Positions 37,981 through 51,046 are shown, counted from the first letter of the stretch. The stretch: DNA of 64,000 nt from Mytilus trossulus (GCF_036588685.1 NC_086377.1:19654001-19718000); one strand, 5' to 3'. Notes: a model not told the origin generated them from the sequence alone. Translations and numbers: made by a program.

Positions 37981-38697
37981 GAAGCTATTAAACCAAGAGT
38001 TCCAAATGGTGAAGTTGAAATCATCCCTTCGTAAATTTTACGGACGCCATCACGAGTTGGTTGACCGTTATGGAATAACCGTTTCACAAATGATATCGGA
38101 TATGTTCCTTACGTCGTAACTACAATCCCCTTCCCTTTCATGAATTTGACCTACCGAATTAGACTATTTACCGGATTTGTAATCACATAAGCAACACGAC
38201 GGGTGCCGCATGTGGAGCAGGATCTGCTTACCCTTCCGGAGCACCTGAGATCACCCCTAGTTTTTGGTGGGGTTCGTGTTGTTTATTCTTTAGTTTTCTA
38301 TGTTGTGTCATGTGTACTATTGCTTTTCTGTTTGTCTTTTTCATTTTTAGCCATGGCGTTGTCAGTTTGTTTTAGATTTACGAGTTTGACTGTCCCTTTG
38401 GTATCTTTCGTCCCTCTTTCCTTATGTCGTAATTACAAGCCTTCCGTTTATGACCTACCGAATAAGACGATTTACTGTCTTTCTTATAACATGATCAACA
38501 CGACAGGTGCCAAATGTGGAGGAGGTTCTGCTTACCCTTCTGGATCACCCCCTGCTTTAGTGGGAGTCTTTAGTTTTCTATGTTGTGTCTTGTTATTATT
38601 TGTTTATGTCTGTTTTTCATTTTTAGCAAATGCGTTGTTAATTTATAATCAATCTATGAGTTTGAATTTCCCTCTGGTATCTTTTGCCTCTCTTTTA
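37981..38697 (+). mobile_element. Two tandem Penelope-like 3' ends
   Basis: KLLNQEFQMVKLKSSLRKFYGRHHELVDRYGITVSQMISDMFLTS* (stop 38117-38119) is followed by a tail to 38418, then a diverged second tail at 38420-38697. Homologous to 4830-5230. Confidence 0.75.
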
Positions 38698-39419
38698 CAT
38701 ATTACTTTGACCTTTTTCTAGTGTTAACGTACAAACTTGACAGCTTTACCAATGGACCTTTCATCTTTGACAGTGTCAGACAGATTCGGTGTCACTTAAC
38801 GCGAAGAACATATAGCTTTCAGATTTTTCTGTCAAGTTTCCGTCAAAAACGGGATGTCCAATTCCATCTAAATATTTTGCAAGTTAGTTTCCAAATCCAG
38901 AATCGCAACCATGTTTTTGCGCAACCTCAATTTTCGAAGATAAAGCTCAAATATTTTTAGCAGAACAGTCACAAAAACAGGCAAAATTGGAACACACTCA
39001 CCATCGTTACTTGTACATTTTCCAAAAGTACTGATTGCAGTGATTGTAATATATACCTAAGTATTGATAGTGGTTTATTGTATGTTAGTATGTGGCATAA
39101 ACAAAAGTCGGTCACATTTTGCGTCTTTCTTATTATAAGTTCATGAAAAGCAGGGATAGGTTAAATATAACTGTGCTTGGAACTTGATTACTAATTGTTT
39201 TATCTTTTTCTTCTCTCTGGAAAGAACGTTGCAACGACATATTTCTGTACCTCCACTGTCTGGGTTATTTCTGTCTACATGTCTGTATGCGTCACAAAAA
39301 TACGTAACTTATTGGAGCGTTTGTCCATTTATGTGACGCGTAGTTTATACGTCGTCTGTGGTGTCCTGGTGTGCTGTTGTAAATTCATGGGAGGTATTCG
39401 TTGTCATTCTCCGGTTTAA

Positions 39420-39755
39420 ATAAAGGCAACAGTAGTATACCGCTGTTCAAAACTCATAAATCCATGGACAAATAACAAAATCGGGGTAACAAACTAAAAC
39501 CGAGGAAACGCATGAAATATAAGAGGAGAACAACGACATAACACCGAAACGGACCAAGCATCAAACAAAACACCACGAGAATAGCAAATATAACATGAAA
39601 ACCAAATACATGAATTTGGGATAGACAAGTACCGTGCCACGTCTTATCTCAATATCTCAAAAATAAGAGAAAACACAAACGACTCAACGTTAAAATGCAA
39701 CACACACATAAACGAACAATAATATAACAATGGCCATCTTCCTGACTTTGTTCAG
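39420..39755 (-). repeat. Interspersed repeat family B copy
   Basis: Near-identical to 35826..36180. Confidence 0.75.
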
Positions 39756-40644
39756 GTTATGTTGTAATGTTTGTATGTATGTTTTTATCTGTGTATAGTG
39801 TTTGGGTTTACTATTTTCCTGTAGTGTTGTCAATTTATTAATATAGTTAACATTGTTATAGAAGCGGTTGCATTGCCTAGCCATTAAACAAGGTTCAACC
39901 AACCTTTTTTTTTAATTTGCTGTACCAAGTAAGGAATATGGCAGTTGACCGTTTATATGTATGTCGACGTTTGTTTTTGTTGCAGTTCAGTGTTTAAAAT
40001 GCACTGTTGTTTTTCCTTTTATAGTTGATGTGTTTCACTCGAGTTTAGTTTGTAACACAGATTATTTTTGGTTTATTCGATTGATGATTATTGAACAGCT
40101 GTATACTACAGTTGCATTAAGAAGCCATGTGTCTAATTTCTGCAGGATTTGAAGATGATATAAGAACTCAAAATACTTAATAGGACGTCTCTTTGTCTTT
40201 CAATAGACGATTCAGAGGACACATCACTTATTCATTGTTATTAGAGATCAGTCACCTTCCTTATTGTATGCATCACTTCGTATATCACAATTCTATGCTG
40301 AGATATCAAGCCTGAAAATAATTAAAACAAAACAAACGTTATATGCATGTAGTCAAGACAAAATATGTCAAAAGTGGATACTGAAATAGGGTTCCAGTAC
40401 CTTCAAATTATTTGGTGTTACTTTCTGTGTTGATTTAGATGTGTTAAACCTAAATTATGCTCCTCGAATACAAAAAAAATGTACAATATTACAAAAATGG
40501 TCAAAACAGTCACTTAGCTTGTTGTTCGGTGTGAGCCAAGGCTCCGTGTTGAAGGTCGTACATTAATCTATAATGGTTAACTTTTATAAATTGTTAATTT
40601 GATGGAGAGTTGTCTCATTGGCACTCACAGCACATCTATGTATA

Positions 40645-40925
40645 TCGACTGACGCCGTTTGGTAAAATAACAATTATAAAATCACTGTTATTTCAAAATT
40701 TAATTATCTGTTCGTTTCCATCTCAGGTCCAGATGATAATACGATACATCAACTTAATAGTAAAATGTATTCATTCACATGGTATTATAAGCCTGACAAG
40801 CCAAAGTGGAATCTTCTATATCAAGAGTACTACAGAGGGGGCCTAAAAATTATTAATTTGAGATCTTTTATACAAGGGTTAAAACTAATGATTATTTAAG
40901 TCAGAATCGTAATGGATACAATTAT
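40645..40925 (+). mobile_element. L1/Tx1 LINE ORF2 fragment
   Basis: Across frameshifts: GKITIIKSLL..LNSKMYSF.W..KPDK..LYQEYYRGGL..INL..FIQGLKL, typical of the post-RT region of L1/Tx1. Confidence 0.55.
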
Positions 40926-40949
40926 TTACTTTCACACAATAGATCGATT

Positions 40950-42860
40950 TAGAAAAAAATATACCACAGCACTAACAATCCACACCTTGCAACGCCTCTC
41001 CGTAGACAAAAAAAGGACTACTGGATTAGACAATTAGGTACTGCGACACCATAAGATTGCAATGAAAAAATTGATGGGATTGGTATTATATATAGTCCCT
41101 CGTGCAGCTCAGTGAATGTGATTATTAATATTTTCAACTCTACTTGATGTAGACACAGTCATGGTCTCCGTCATAATACATCACCTACTCTGTATGATGT
41201 CTCTATTGATGACTTGCTGCTATTTATACAAAAGCCGTTAGGTATTCATCACATTCGCACGAACCTTTGTTAAATTCCCCTTTCAAAACTTCATTCTCTG
41301 TTCCATTTATGTTTGGGAACAAATGTTGAAACCCCTATCCAACCAATACAAACTTACAGCTATAACTACGGATAATGCAAGTCACAGACTTTTCCAACCA
41401 GTCCGCATTTGAGATAACATCTTTTCTTAATTTTTCCTTTGCGAACGAAAGCCTCGATAGCGTCAACTTAGGCAATTTCCTTCATAACAAATTACTTCAC
41501 TCGAAAATACCTCCTTATATTAAAGATCTGTCTGTACCAATTATTTTTTATATCTATACCAAACCTAATGCACACTAGTAACTAATTACACGCTCGTTTT
41601 GCAGGATCTCAATATTGACGACTACAAGTCTAAACCCCCTGATTGCACTTGTGCTAGTTCCCAATCCACATAAAATCCGGCTTGCCACGTTATTACTGGT
41701 GACCTCAACATTGTCAATAACACTTCCCTGCGAAATATGTTATCGAAAGGTCCGAACTATCGTGAGACTAACCCCATCATTTAGATATACAACTTCAAAA
41801 TGTTGATGAATTTAGTTGAGGACTATGCCAGGCTATGGGATAGGCACGGAAAGGAAGACGAGACACTCTTTCCGAATGGATTAATGCTGTGAGGTCGTTT
41901 ATACAAATCAGAATTAAAAACTGAATACTAATAAAGATTGACGTAGCATGGTCACTGATAAAGCTACTAGTAGCTTTATCAGTGGACCATGCTACGTCAA
42001 TCTTTAAAGACCCAAATGGTGCAAAACACTTATCCTCCATGACAAATATGTTGTTGTCCCCGGAGATAAAACCCCAAGCAACATCGTTTTTGTGTGTAAA
42101 ACGCATTTCATTAATTGCTTGATAAACGAATAAGTTATTGACAATGCACTTGGAGACCCAAAATATAGCTTCACGACACTAAGCAAATAGGAAAGCCTGG
42201 TTACTCATAGGTCTGTGCTATTATTTATTATCATTATTTATTTTGCTGTTCGCATTTGAAGAACGAAAGACAAGTATTTCTACAAATCAAGTTTTCAAAT
42301 AATCCAAATACAATTTCATTTTGCTCATTATTTAATAGTAAAAAACAATCTGTCTTAAGGAAACTTTGTTTATTTATTAAGTGTATTAATATAAAAGTTT
42401 GTCCCTCCATGTAAATGTAATCGCATAAGCATCTTATCGATCATTTTTCCTTCTTATATCATTAATTATACATGTTACTTTTAAAACATGTATGTCATCA
42501 TATTAACTGTATTTGTTACCTTAACTATTGTGTCTGTATTTATATTGTATGTTTCTCTGTAAACTTGTATCTAGTTTTTAGAGAATAAAGTATCTATCTA
42601 TCTATCTGCTATGTTCCTTTGGAGTTTCCAACCGAAGACGAAGAACTGTGTCTTCCATCACTGTACTGGATACCTAAACTACATAAGTTTCTTACAAACA
42701 AGGGCATATTTTTGAGTCTTCCAAGTGCTTAACTCTTTATCATTTTGAAATAATATTAAAACCTTTGACTTTTCTACACTTTACACACAAGTATTCTACA
42801 CTCCAAACTAAAAGACAAATTGAAAGAGTTAGTACTGCTTGTTTCATTAAAAACTAATGG
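40950..42860 (+). mobile_element. Degenerate Penelope-like element with N-terminal GIY-YIG endonuclease (Naiad clade), interrupted by an L1-type tail
   Basis: Remnants in order: DYWIRQLGTATP..CN (GIY-YIG C-terminal motif, about 41015), [21 protein letters not shown] linker (about 41690), LYWIPKLHK (42661), NIKTFDFSTLY RT motif (42752). Many stops and frameshifts. Confidence 0.75.
42222..42606 (+). mobile_element. LINE 3' end with AATAAA and (TATC)n tail, nested in the Naiad element
   Basis: Ends aataaagtatctatctatctatc; flanked by the direct repeat tgctat; the host Naiad sequence is continuous across the insertion. Confidence 0.55.
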
Positions 42861-44434
42861 CAAATAAATAGGGCAAAAGTAGGTTATCGCTGTTCGAAAT
42901 TTTTAAATGAATTGAGGAAAAACAACATATCCTAGATACAAACAAAAACAAAAAAGGGAAACACATCAAATATAAGAGGATTAAAACGACACAATGTAAA
43001 AAAACTTCGAACAGCGATAACCTACTTTTGCCTCTATTTATTTGCCAATAGAAAATTATTTATTATATCTTGGGTACAAAAACTCTCCTCTTTGAAATCA
43101 ACCGTGTTAGTTGTAATTTCTGTACATTTTGCGAGGGAGAGCCAGAGCTTATAAAACATTTAATTTAAGGTTGTCATATTGTAGCCGACATTTAGCACAA
43201 TTTAAATTCTTAGATTTTCGATGAAGTTTATTTCGCAATTTCACTTAATTTGATGTTTTAATTTTTTACCTTTATAAAAATAATAAATTGATAATATCAA
43301 CAATTCAATTATTCTATTGACAAAGTACTTTATTTTAGATTTAAGATGCAAAATATAGAACCTCATAAAAAAGCACTTCAAAATTACATGAAAGAAATTT
43401 TATTTTTGATAAAACATTTCGTCAAAATATTTAAGTGTGGATGCACACAACTCGTACTGGAACCCCTAGACACAGGTCACTGCTTATATTTTAACGAGGT
43501 TAATACGTGTACATATGTGTTTATATGAGTATTTGAAAGTATTTGTGTAATGTCATACTAAAAGCAGCTTTGTTCTTGCACTTCTATTACTACTGTAATA
43601 TATTTATGAACAAGTTAGTACTATGCCTAATCCACAAATTTCATACTGTCATACCATTTATATTACTTGCATCATTATTGTGCCACAAGTTGAATATATG
43701 TTGATACATGGATTTCATGAAAATAGGACGTCGCCCTGTATAGATTACGAATTTGTTAGTATAGAACGGGTGTTCAATTAAATTCAGATTTAACTAGCAG
43801 CTCGGATATTTTACACTCAGATCATCATCCCCATAAAAACCGTTCAGTACTTTAGATAACACTGTGATTATTTCAATTAATAGACCATTATCTGAAACAC
43901 CGGTAACTCTACATTAAAAATGCACATTCTGCACCATAAAAAAAGGATTGGTGTGATGGCAAATGAAACAAACCGCTCTCAAACCACCAAATGATACGGC
44001 AATTACCAACTAAAGGTCACTATACGGGATTCAACAATGGCCACAGTCTATATCGTAGTCAGCTATGAAATGCCCAGCAATGACAAATGTAAAACAATTC
44101 AAACGAGAAACCTTATGGCCTAATTTATGTACAAAACAGTGAACGACAACAAAAATATGTTACACAGCAACAATCGACAACCACCCAATTACAGGCCTCT
44201 AACTTGAGACACATATATAATGTTATATAAAGCGGGGTTAAATTATGTTAGTGGTTGCAAAACCCTTATCGTCATCATGGAACAGTGGTGAAACAGAACA
44301 ACAAAAGAGCACATTATAAAATCAGTTGAACAAGTTTTAACTCATCATATGGATACACATTGAAATACATCTAACAAAATCCCGGCGTGGACGTGGCTGG
44401 GTACTGCAAAAAACTAACAACAAAACGATATTAA

Positions 44435-45026
44435 GGTGGTATGGGTGTCTTTCGCCATCTTGGATTGTAAAAAACAGAGAATCTAAGGTCCATATTTTCT
44501 ATCAAGTTAACAAAATTTGATGCAGGAATGCAGATATTTAATGTGAATTTTCATTTAAAAGAACCAACTTATAAGAATATAACTTAGAAATATTAATATT
44601 TTTACAAGTGTAGATTATTTTTGGTAGTTTTTGAATATTTTCAAATTGGCAGTTTAAGGAGAGGTAACTCTAAAACAGTGCATTTTCTGTTGGACTCTAC
44701 ATGAAATTTTCCTATTTTGTCTTTTAGCCGGAAAAAACGTACGGTGACCCTATCTTTTCTTTTTATATTCTCAAAGCATTGTCTGAAAGCAATCTTTTCC
44801 TAATTTATTCTACAATTCTATCATTTTGTTTAGTTTCTATACACAAAATATTGTTTTTTCCTGTATAATCCATACAAAGTTTGTCATTTTGTCACAACCT
44901 GTAGCTTGAGAAAATGCGCGGTGACCTATCATTTTTCTAATATTTTTGAACATGTATAAATAGATACTACATTTTGACAAAGTATGAACAAATTCTATCA
45001 TTTTTATTTTAGACTCCCATACCACC
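44435..45026. mobile_element. Non-autonomous DNA transposon (Kolobok-like MITE), 592 bp, TTAA TSD
   Basis: ttaa|GGTGGTATGGGTGTCT...AGACTCCCATACCACC|ttaa; a closely similar copy lies at 55058..55649. Confidence 0.85.
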
Positions 45027-45037
45027 TTAAGTACATA

Positions 45038-45446
45038 CACAGCTACCTTTGCATATGTACTATTTATGTACTGAAAATCAATAGTACAGTGGAATATTAC
45101 TTTTAATATTTAGTACTACTTCTTTACTTTAGAATTGTCCAGTACTTGATTTGTACTTAAAGAATGGGTACAACAATAAAACCAACAATGATCACAGTAT
45201 TCCATGTTTGAAGATCATAAATTTATAAGATTTGAAAACAGACAAACTTACAAAATACTGAAAATGTAACCGTGCAATCAAAAATCTGTAGTACTTAAAT
45301 TTCAAATACATATAAAGTATTGTAAAATACAGGTACCTAAGTATTACAATAATTCTTAAGTAAAAAATAGTACTGAATATTAAAAGTAGATTTCCTGTAC
45401 CACAGATCTTTAGTACAGAAATAGTACCTAGGAAAAAGTAGCTCTG
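45038..45446. mobile_element. Foldback MITE with about 100-bp imperfect TIRs and TA TSD (Tc1/mariner-like)
   Basis: ta|CACAGCTACCTTTGCATATGTACTATTT...AAATAGTACCTAGGAAAAAGTAGCTCTG|ta; the host repeat resumes on the right. Confidence 0.7.
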
Positions 45447-48097
45447 TATTTGAGAGTACTCGCATTTACTGACAGCTAGTCATTAATACATAATAAAAGA
45501 TATAATGCATCCAAGATTACATTATCAATCAATACACATCTAAGATACAATTTATTTTCAGAAGATTATCTAGATCATGTAAGTCATTTCCAGGCATTTA
45601 ACGGGAATATTTGTGGATATGCACGTGCATTTTCATCTCATAATATGGCTGCAGCATTGCCACCTTTGACACAATTGTGAAAAGTTCTAAAATTTCATAG
45701 AAGAAATTTCGATTGACGGTGGTTGAATTTATATTTGGAATGTGTTTTTTTTTTAATCATGAGCACATGAATATCCTTAAAGAATTATTGTATATTGTGT
45801 TCTTGCATTTTCGTAAAATAATGATTAATAAAGGGTAATGGGAAAATTAAATGAGGCAAAATGTCATAACATTGAATAAGAATTACAGTAGCGGAATATA
45901 TAAACAATAATTAGTAATAAGCAGTCGACGAATTCTTATAAAAACTATATTGAACTGCTCAACAGAATAAGACAGGTAAAACAAAACACACATATAACAA
46001 ACATAAATCATAGAAAACAGTTATATCGTACTGAATTTATCTAAGACAGAAAACGCAAAATTTAAAACATCGAATTTGTTTTATCCACAAATATTTTTTG
46101 GCAGTGGAGTGTATTAATTTTAAGACAAAATGTCTATGTCTGTAACTAGTTAAGGATTGTCTTCGTTATCTTTTAAGGCCTGTTGTTATAGTCCTATCGA
46201 ATTTAGCATATATTTAGATAGACATTGTAATATATTACTTCTTTTGGGACACTGATATCTTCATAATATTGTGCAAATCTCTTTTTTTTTTTGAGTATTC
46301 GGATTATCCATTATTTGTTAATAAAATATATATTGCATGTTCTACTCTTTGCTTACTTCTCATTTTCGTTTCCTTTTTCTTATTTTTAACTTCAATTGCT
46401 AGTTGGTGTTCTTTTGGTTTCCCGGTCTCTTGCCATTTCTCATATATTTCCCTACAGGATTTCGAAATTATAATTACTTCTAGCGCGACTTTCCAATTTG
46501 ACCTTTGGATTCGAACTGCTTAGTTTGAACTTATCTTTTTCCTGTCTTAGTAAGTGTTTACAATAATATTTGCAATTAAAAACTGACATTCTATCAGAAG
46601 TGCCGTATGTTTTGTTGTTTTGAGTCATTCACGTATACCCATAGTGAGAAACCTACCAAACATATCATATCACATTGCATATTGGTTTTCCATGGAAACC
46701 AGGTAGTTGAAGCATGTAATTGTTATTTTTATAAATGATAAAATATGACAAAAGGCCTCAAATGTCATTTGATATAACCGAATGGGTAAAAATAAAGAGC
46801 ATGTTTTAAAGGAGTTCAGAACTGGTTGCAAAACCTCTTCAAAGACAAACAGTTGACTATTTTCACCTATGGTAAAAGCACAACTTTCCGTTTCTGATTC
46901 CGAGATTTTCGCTCGGGTTTTGATGAGGTTCGAATTTCTTGATATTTACCTTTGTAAATAGTGATCAAAGGTAACAGGATTATTGTTTTTCACGTCAGAC
47001 GCGCGTGACATTTTCTTGACATCATCAAGGTAAATAAGAAACGAATTCAAAGTAAATATGATAGTTTTCGAGAGAAATGTAAAGAGCCTTTGATTTTGTT
47101 GAGTGTTTATCGAGTTTTTATTAATATAGAATACACCATTGGTTTTCCCGTTTGAATGGTTTTACACTTGACATTTGTGGGACCCTTTATATAACTGACT
47201 GTTCGGTGTGAACCAATGCGTTGTGTTTAAGACCCAACTGTGACCTATACTTGTTTACTTTTACTAGTTGTGTGACTATGACTGAGAGTTGTCTCATTGA
47301 CAATCCTACCACAACTTCTTATATTTTTTTACAGTCAAAAGTCCACATTAACTTATCGAAGAATGGTGAATATGTGTATGTCAAATAGACATCATTAATA
47401 GCTGTTGTCTAATTGTCAAGTGGCAAATACTATGCGAGGAAGTAAAAAACATCATATACCGATGTTGGTTGGATCGAAGAAAATCTGTTTTAGCAATAAA
47501 TAAGATTTTTTTTAATAACAAATAGTTGTTTTAAATTCTGCAATGGTCATATGTGCTAGGGCGTATCAATTGATTGCTCTAACCGATTAAATCAATCATT
47601 AGATTAAAACAGATAACACTAAAACAAAAGACAAAACAGTGATGTGACAAAAACTCGTTCGTTTGGAGTCTTTTTTATAGGTTACATTGATATTGTGATC
47701 TCAATAACGGACAAACAATAGAAACAAGACAAAACAGTTACGAAGAATCACGGAATAAATTCTGGTTGGTAAATGTTATACCAAATTACTAACAGAATTG
47801 AATAGTTTACTAGGTTTTATCCCATAGGTTGAGATAATGTTTGACTATGCTCAAGTTAAATATCTTGCCCTGCTTCTTTTTCACATGCGATAAATAGACA
47901 TATAAACCATAAAGAAAATATATAACAGAAAAAAGATACGCAAAAAGCTGTTGGCTTGAACAAATGTTTAATATAGCAGCAAAATAAATAGTTATGAACC
48001 ACAACAAACTGGTACGGTTTTAAAGAAACCTAGCAAAAACCGAACGCAAGCTAATAGTTGAACACATTGAGTCATACGAATTTACTATTTGTAAATT

Positions 48098-49370
48098 TTA
48101 ATAGACTTGATATCCAGAAAAGAAACCCCAACCTCCATGAATCGATTCTATTCCAGATCCAGCATGATGGCGTACGAGTACACTGTCTCCTCGCTTCAGG
48201 GATACTAAAGCATTCATGGAACCTGCTTCAAAATCCCCAGATGCAGCGTGACCTTGTGATATCATATCGTTGTTTTTAATCATTTGTAAATGTAGACTAC
48301 TGCTACTACCAGTCTTAAGAAATGTAGAAGCAAAGAAATACACACCGTCATTAGGAGATGTAAAATGACCAGTTCGGAAGTCATACGCGCTACCAATATT
48401 TGTAATCACGTCATCGAAAATAACTGTTTGTGAAGAGCCAAGAGTGACGTCCGTCGATAGCCGTGCATGAAAAGCGACTCTTTTATCTAAAATTTGTCCA
48501 CCTATGAGAGAGAAAAAAAAACAATGTGAGGTATTAGCCTTTAATCTGAAATATAAACAACCGTGAATGGTAAACAAATAGATTAAAGAGGTATGTTTAC
48601 TGACTGATCTCTAACCTAAATTGGTTTACTAGAGATATAGCATTCATATCCATTTATTATTAGTTTCATTGACAGAAACTGTCAATTCAGTATGAATAAG
48701 CATGCTTAAACGAATGAAACTATCTAGTGAACCTTCATGCAGTTTTTGCCCTCTATTTAATTTTGTCTTTCCATTTAATGTTTTTCCGAGCATCCCAAAA
48801 CCAATAACATTTAGGTGAAATATGTAAAGAACAAAACTGTTCAGCGATTTACAAAAATGTTACTTAATACATGATACAAAAAATAAACAAGGAAAGCTAA
48901 TTCGAATCACGATAACAATAAATTATATCTAACTAGCATATGTTTTACTAATTGAACAATGCAGTCTCTTAGACGCTTTTTGCTCAGAAATTGAAAATCA
49001 AATATTTGTCTTGCAAATTAAATTCCAACAGAAATCCATGTTATGAATTTATAATGACAATATGTGATGTTGATATACGATTTAAAAATACGTTCATTTC
49101 ATCATCCGTAACTTTTTTTTACTTTGAACAGTTTTTGAAATGGTTCACGATAGTAAATGTTATGTGTTCTTTATAAATGCTAAGTCTTTAAAAAAAATAA
49201 GGTTAAATAACATCAACCTATTAATAACTGTTTATTGATTGTTGTGTACACTCATTACCTGTTTTATTATGCGTTGCAGATATTTCCTTAATTCTTCTTT
49301 CATTTTCGTATATGTACATGGCCATCAGTGCTAGAACAATAGCATTACAGAACACAATTAAATAATACAT
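48098..49370 (-). CDS. C1q-domain-containing protein, gene 4 (171 aa), two exons: complement(49259..49370, 48098..48501)
   Basis: Exon 1 MYYLIVFCNAIVLALMAMYIYENERRIKEISATHNKT with G|gtaatg and an in-frame TGA 7 codons upstream of the ATG. Acceptor tttctctctcatag|GT. gC1q domain VAFHARL..VIFDDVITNIGSAYD..GHFTSPNDGVYFF..GFFSGYQVY*. Lengths 112+404=516 nt, in frame. Confidence 0.87.
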
Positions 49371-49624
49371 GTCCTTAAACGAATTTCTTCAAAATAAATT
49401 CAAGTATTCGGGATATTTAAAACATAACTTGGTGTGTATTTCATTGTCTACAACTATACACAACAAATAATCAAAGGAGGCAATCATTATTTAAAATAAT
49501 CATTCAGGTAAAACGGGTAGAGTTCATCCTACATTTAAACCTATCGTGTACCGATTGATCATTAAAATTTGAGTGTCGCTGTTAAACGGCAATGATTTGA
49601 ATGAAAAATTATCGATTAGAATTG

Positions 49625-50082
49625 TTATGCCCCATCTACAATAGTAGAGGGGCCTTATGTTTTCTGGTCTGTGGCTCCGTTCGTTCGTCCGTCCGTTCGT
49701 TCGTCTGTGCGTCTGTTCAGGTTAAAGTTTTTGGTCAAGGTAGTTTTTGATGAAGCTGAAGACCAATCAACTTAAAACTCAGTACACTTGTTGCTTACGA
49801 TATGATCTTTCTAATTTTAAAGCCAAATTACACTTTTGACCGCAATTTCACGGTCCACTAAAAATAGAAAATGAAAGTGGAAGTTTCAGTTTAAAGTTTT
49901 TGGTCAAGGTAGTTTTTGATGAAATTGTAGTCCAATCAACTTGAAACTTAGAAGACATGTTCCCTATAGTATAATCTTTCTAATTTTAATGCCAAATTAG
50001 ATTATTACCAAATTCATGGTCCATGGAACATGGAAAAGGATTGTGCGAGTGGGTCATCCGTGTACTTTGGACACATTCTTGT
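49625..50082 (+). mobile_element. Helentron-associated non-autonomous element (HINE/DINE-1-like)
   Basis: 5' ttatgcccc subTIR with a nearby inverted partner, (GTTC/GTCC)n microsatellite, two tandem units of about 169 bp (49722, 49891), 3' stem-loop gtgtac-ttt-ggacac, T-rich insertion site. A 3' fragment of the same family is at 5229..5395. Confidence 0.75.
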
Positions 50083-50104
50083 TTTTAATAACTTGTTTTT
50101 TTTT

Positions 50105-50690
50105 CCTCATATTTTTTACCTCGAGCGCCACAGAAGTCCAAACGCACTTCTGGTACCGGTTGTGTTATCAATACCACTGGGTCGATTCTTTTCTGTTACA
50201 GACCAATGTTAAATCCAGCTCGGTATGTACATGTAGTAGTTTGGAATTGGCATGTACATACTGATATCGTTTTAATGGACATTCGCTTTTTAACAAAAAT
50301 GAAACGATTTTAATTAGGTAATACTGTCTTCCCCATGCAAACCTCTGATTCAATGTCATTGAATTTTGCTTTGTTTAAGAGTATGTTGGGTTTGTATCAG
50401 CTTTTCGACGTCTAACTTAGTTTTGTTTAAGATTTTCATATACTTTGGCCTCGAGCTTCAACGAATATATATTAGTCATCGAATTGTGCATCGGGTAGTG
50501 GTGAATAGAAACCGTATATGTTATAACTATCCCTTCGTCGATACCCCTGCCAGTGAACCATGATCCCAAATGGTATCATCAAGCCCACTTGCCAGGACGT
50601 CGGACCTTACATGAAAATTCCGATTTTATTTTGATTGAGATTTGCTGATAAGAAAGGAAATATAACTCCTTCATGCAAAGCTATCACATG
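50105..50690 (+). mobile_element. Decayed tandem retrozyme-like units
   Basis: The catgcaaacctctgattc / catgcaaagct motif occurs at 50334 and 50672 and is shared with 25705; eroded hammerhead-like segments lie near 50120 and 50450. Confidence 0.45.
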
Positions 50691-50837
50691 AAAAATATGT
50701 GAAGTTGGCAAAATTTAAGAATTGCATTCCCCATTATGTCTACTTACTTGAAAACAAAACGTGAGGTATTCACAGAAACTGGACCACGCAAAAATGGGAA
50801 GCAAGGCTATATTTTCTTGCCATCTTACGTATTACAT

Positions 50838-51046
50838 TATATAGGGGTTTTTTTCGCGGGTGTAAAATTTCGACATTTTCATTGAAATTAGTATACGAAA
50901 TATTTCAACAGATATTTTTTTTAGCAGATTAAAACTGTCATCAATACTTTTGCATGTACACTTTTAAATTGACAGCGATTTATGTTGGCGATTTGTTCTT
51001 TCGACGAGCGAACATTTACATTTTGCGAAAATAACCCACTATACGG
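50838..51046. mobile_element. CCGTA-terminus MITE copy
   Basis: tataggggtttttttcgcg...gcgaaaataacccactatacgg|ta; interior homologous to 10007..10212. Confidence 0.65.

Noticed and set aside
38139-38180. SECIS element in the PLE tail (ATGA..AA..GA)
   Set aside because: The segments flanking the putative core do not pair into the required helix II.
38203-38721. 172-aa hydrophobic ORF (MPHVEQDLLTLPEHLRSP...) and its relative at 5010..5396
   Set aside because: They lie in the T-rich 3' tail of a Penelope-like repeat, start at non-ATG codons and run across unrelated element junctions.
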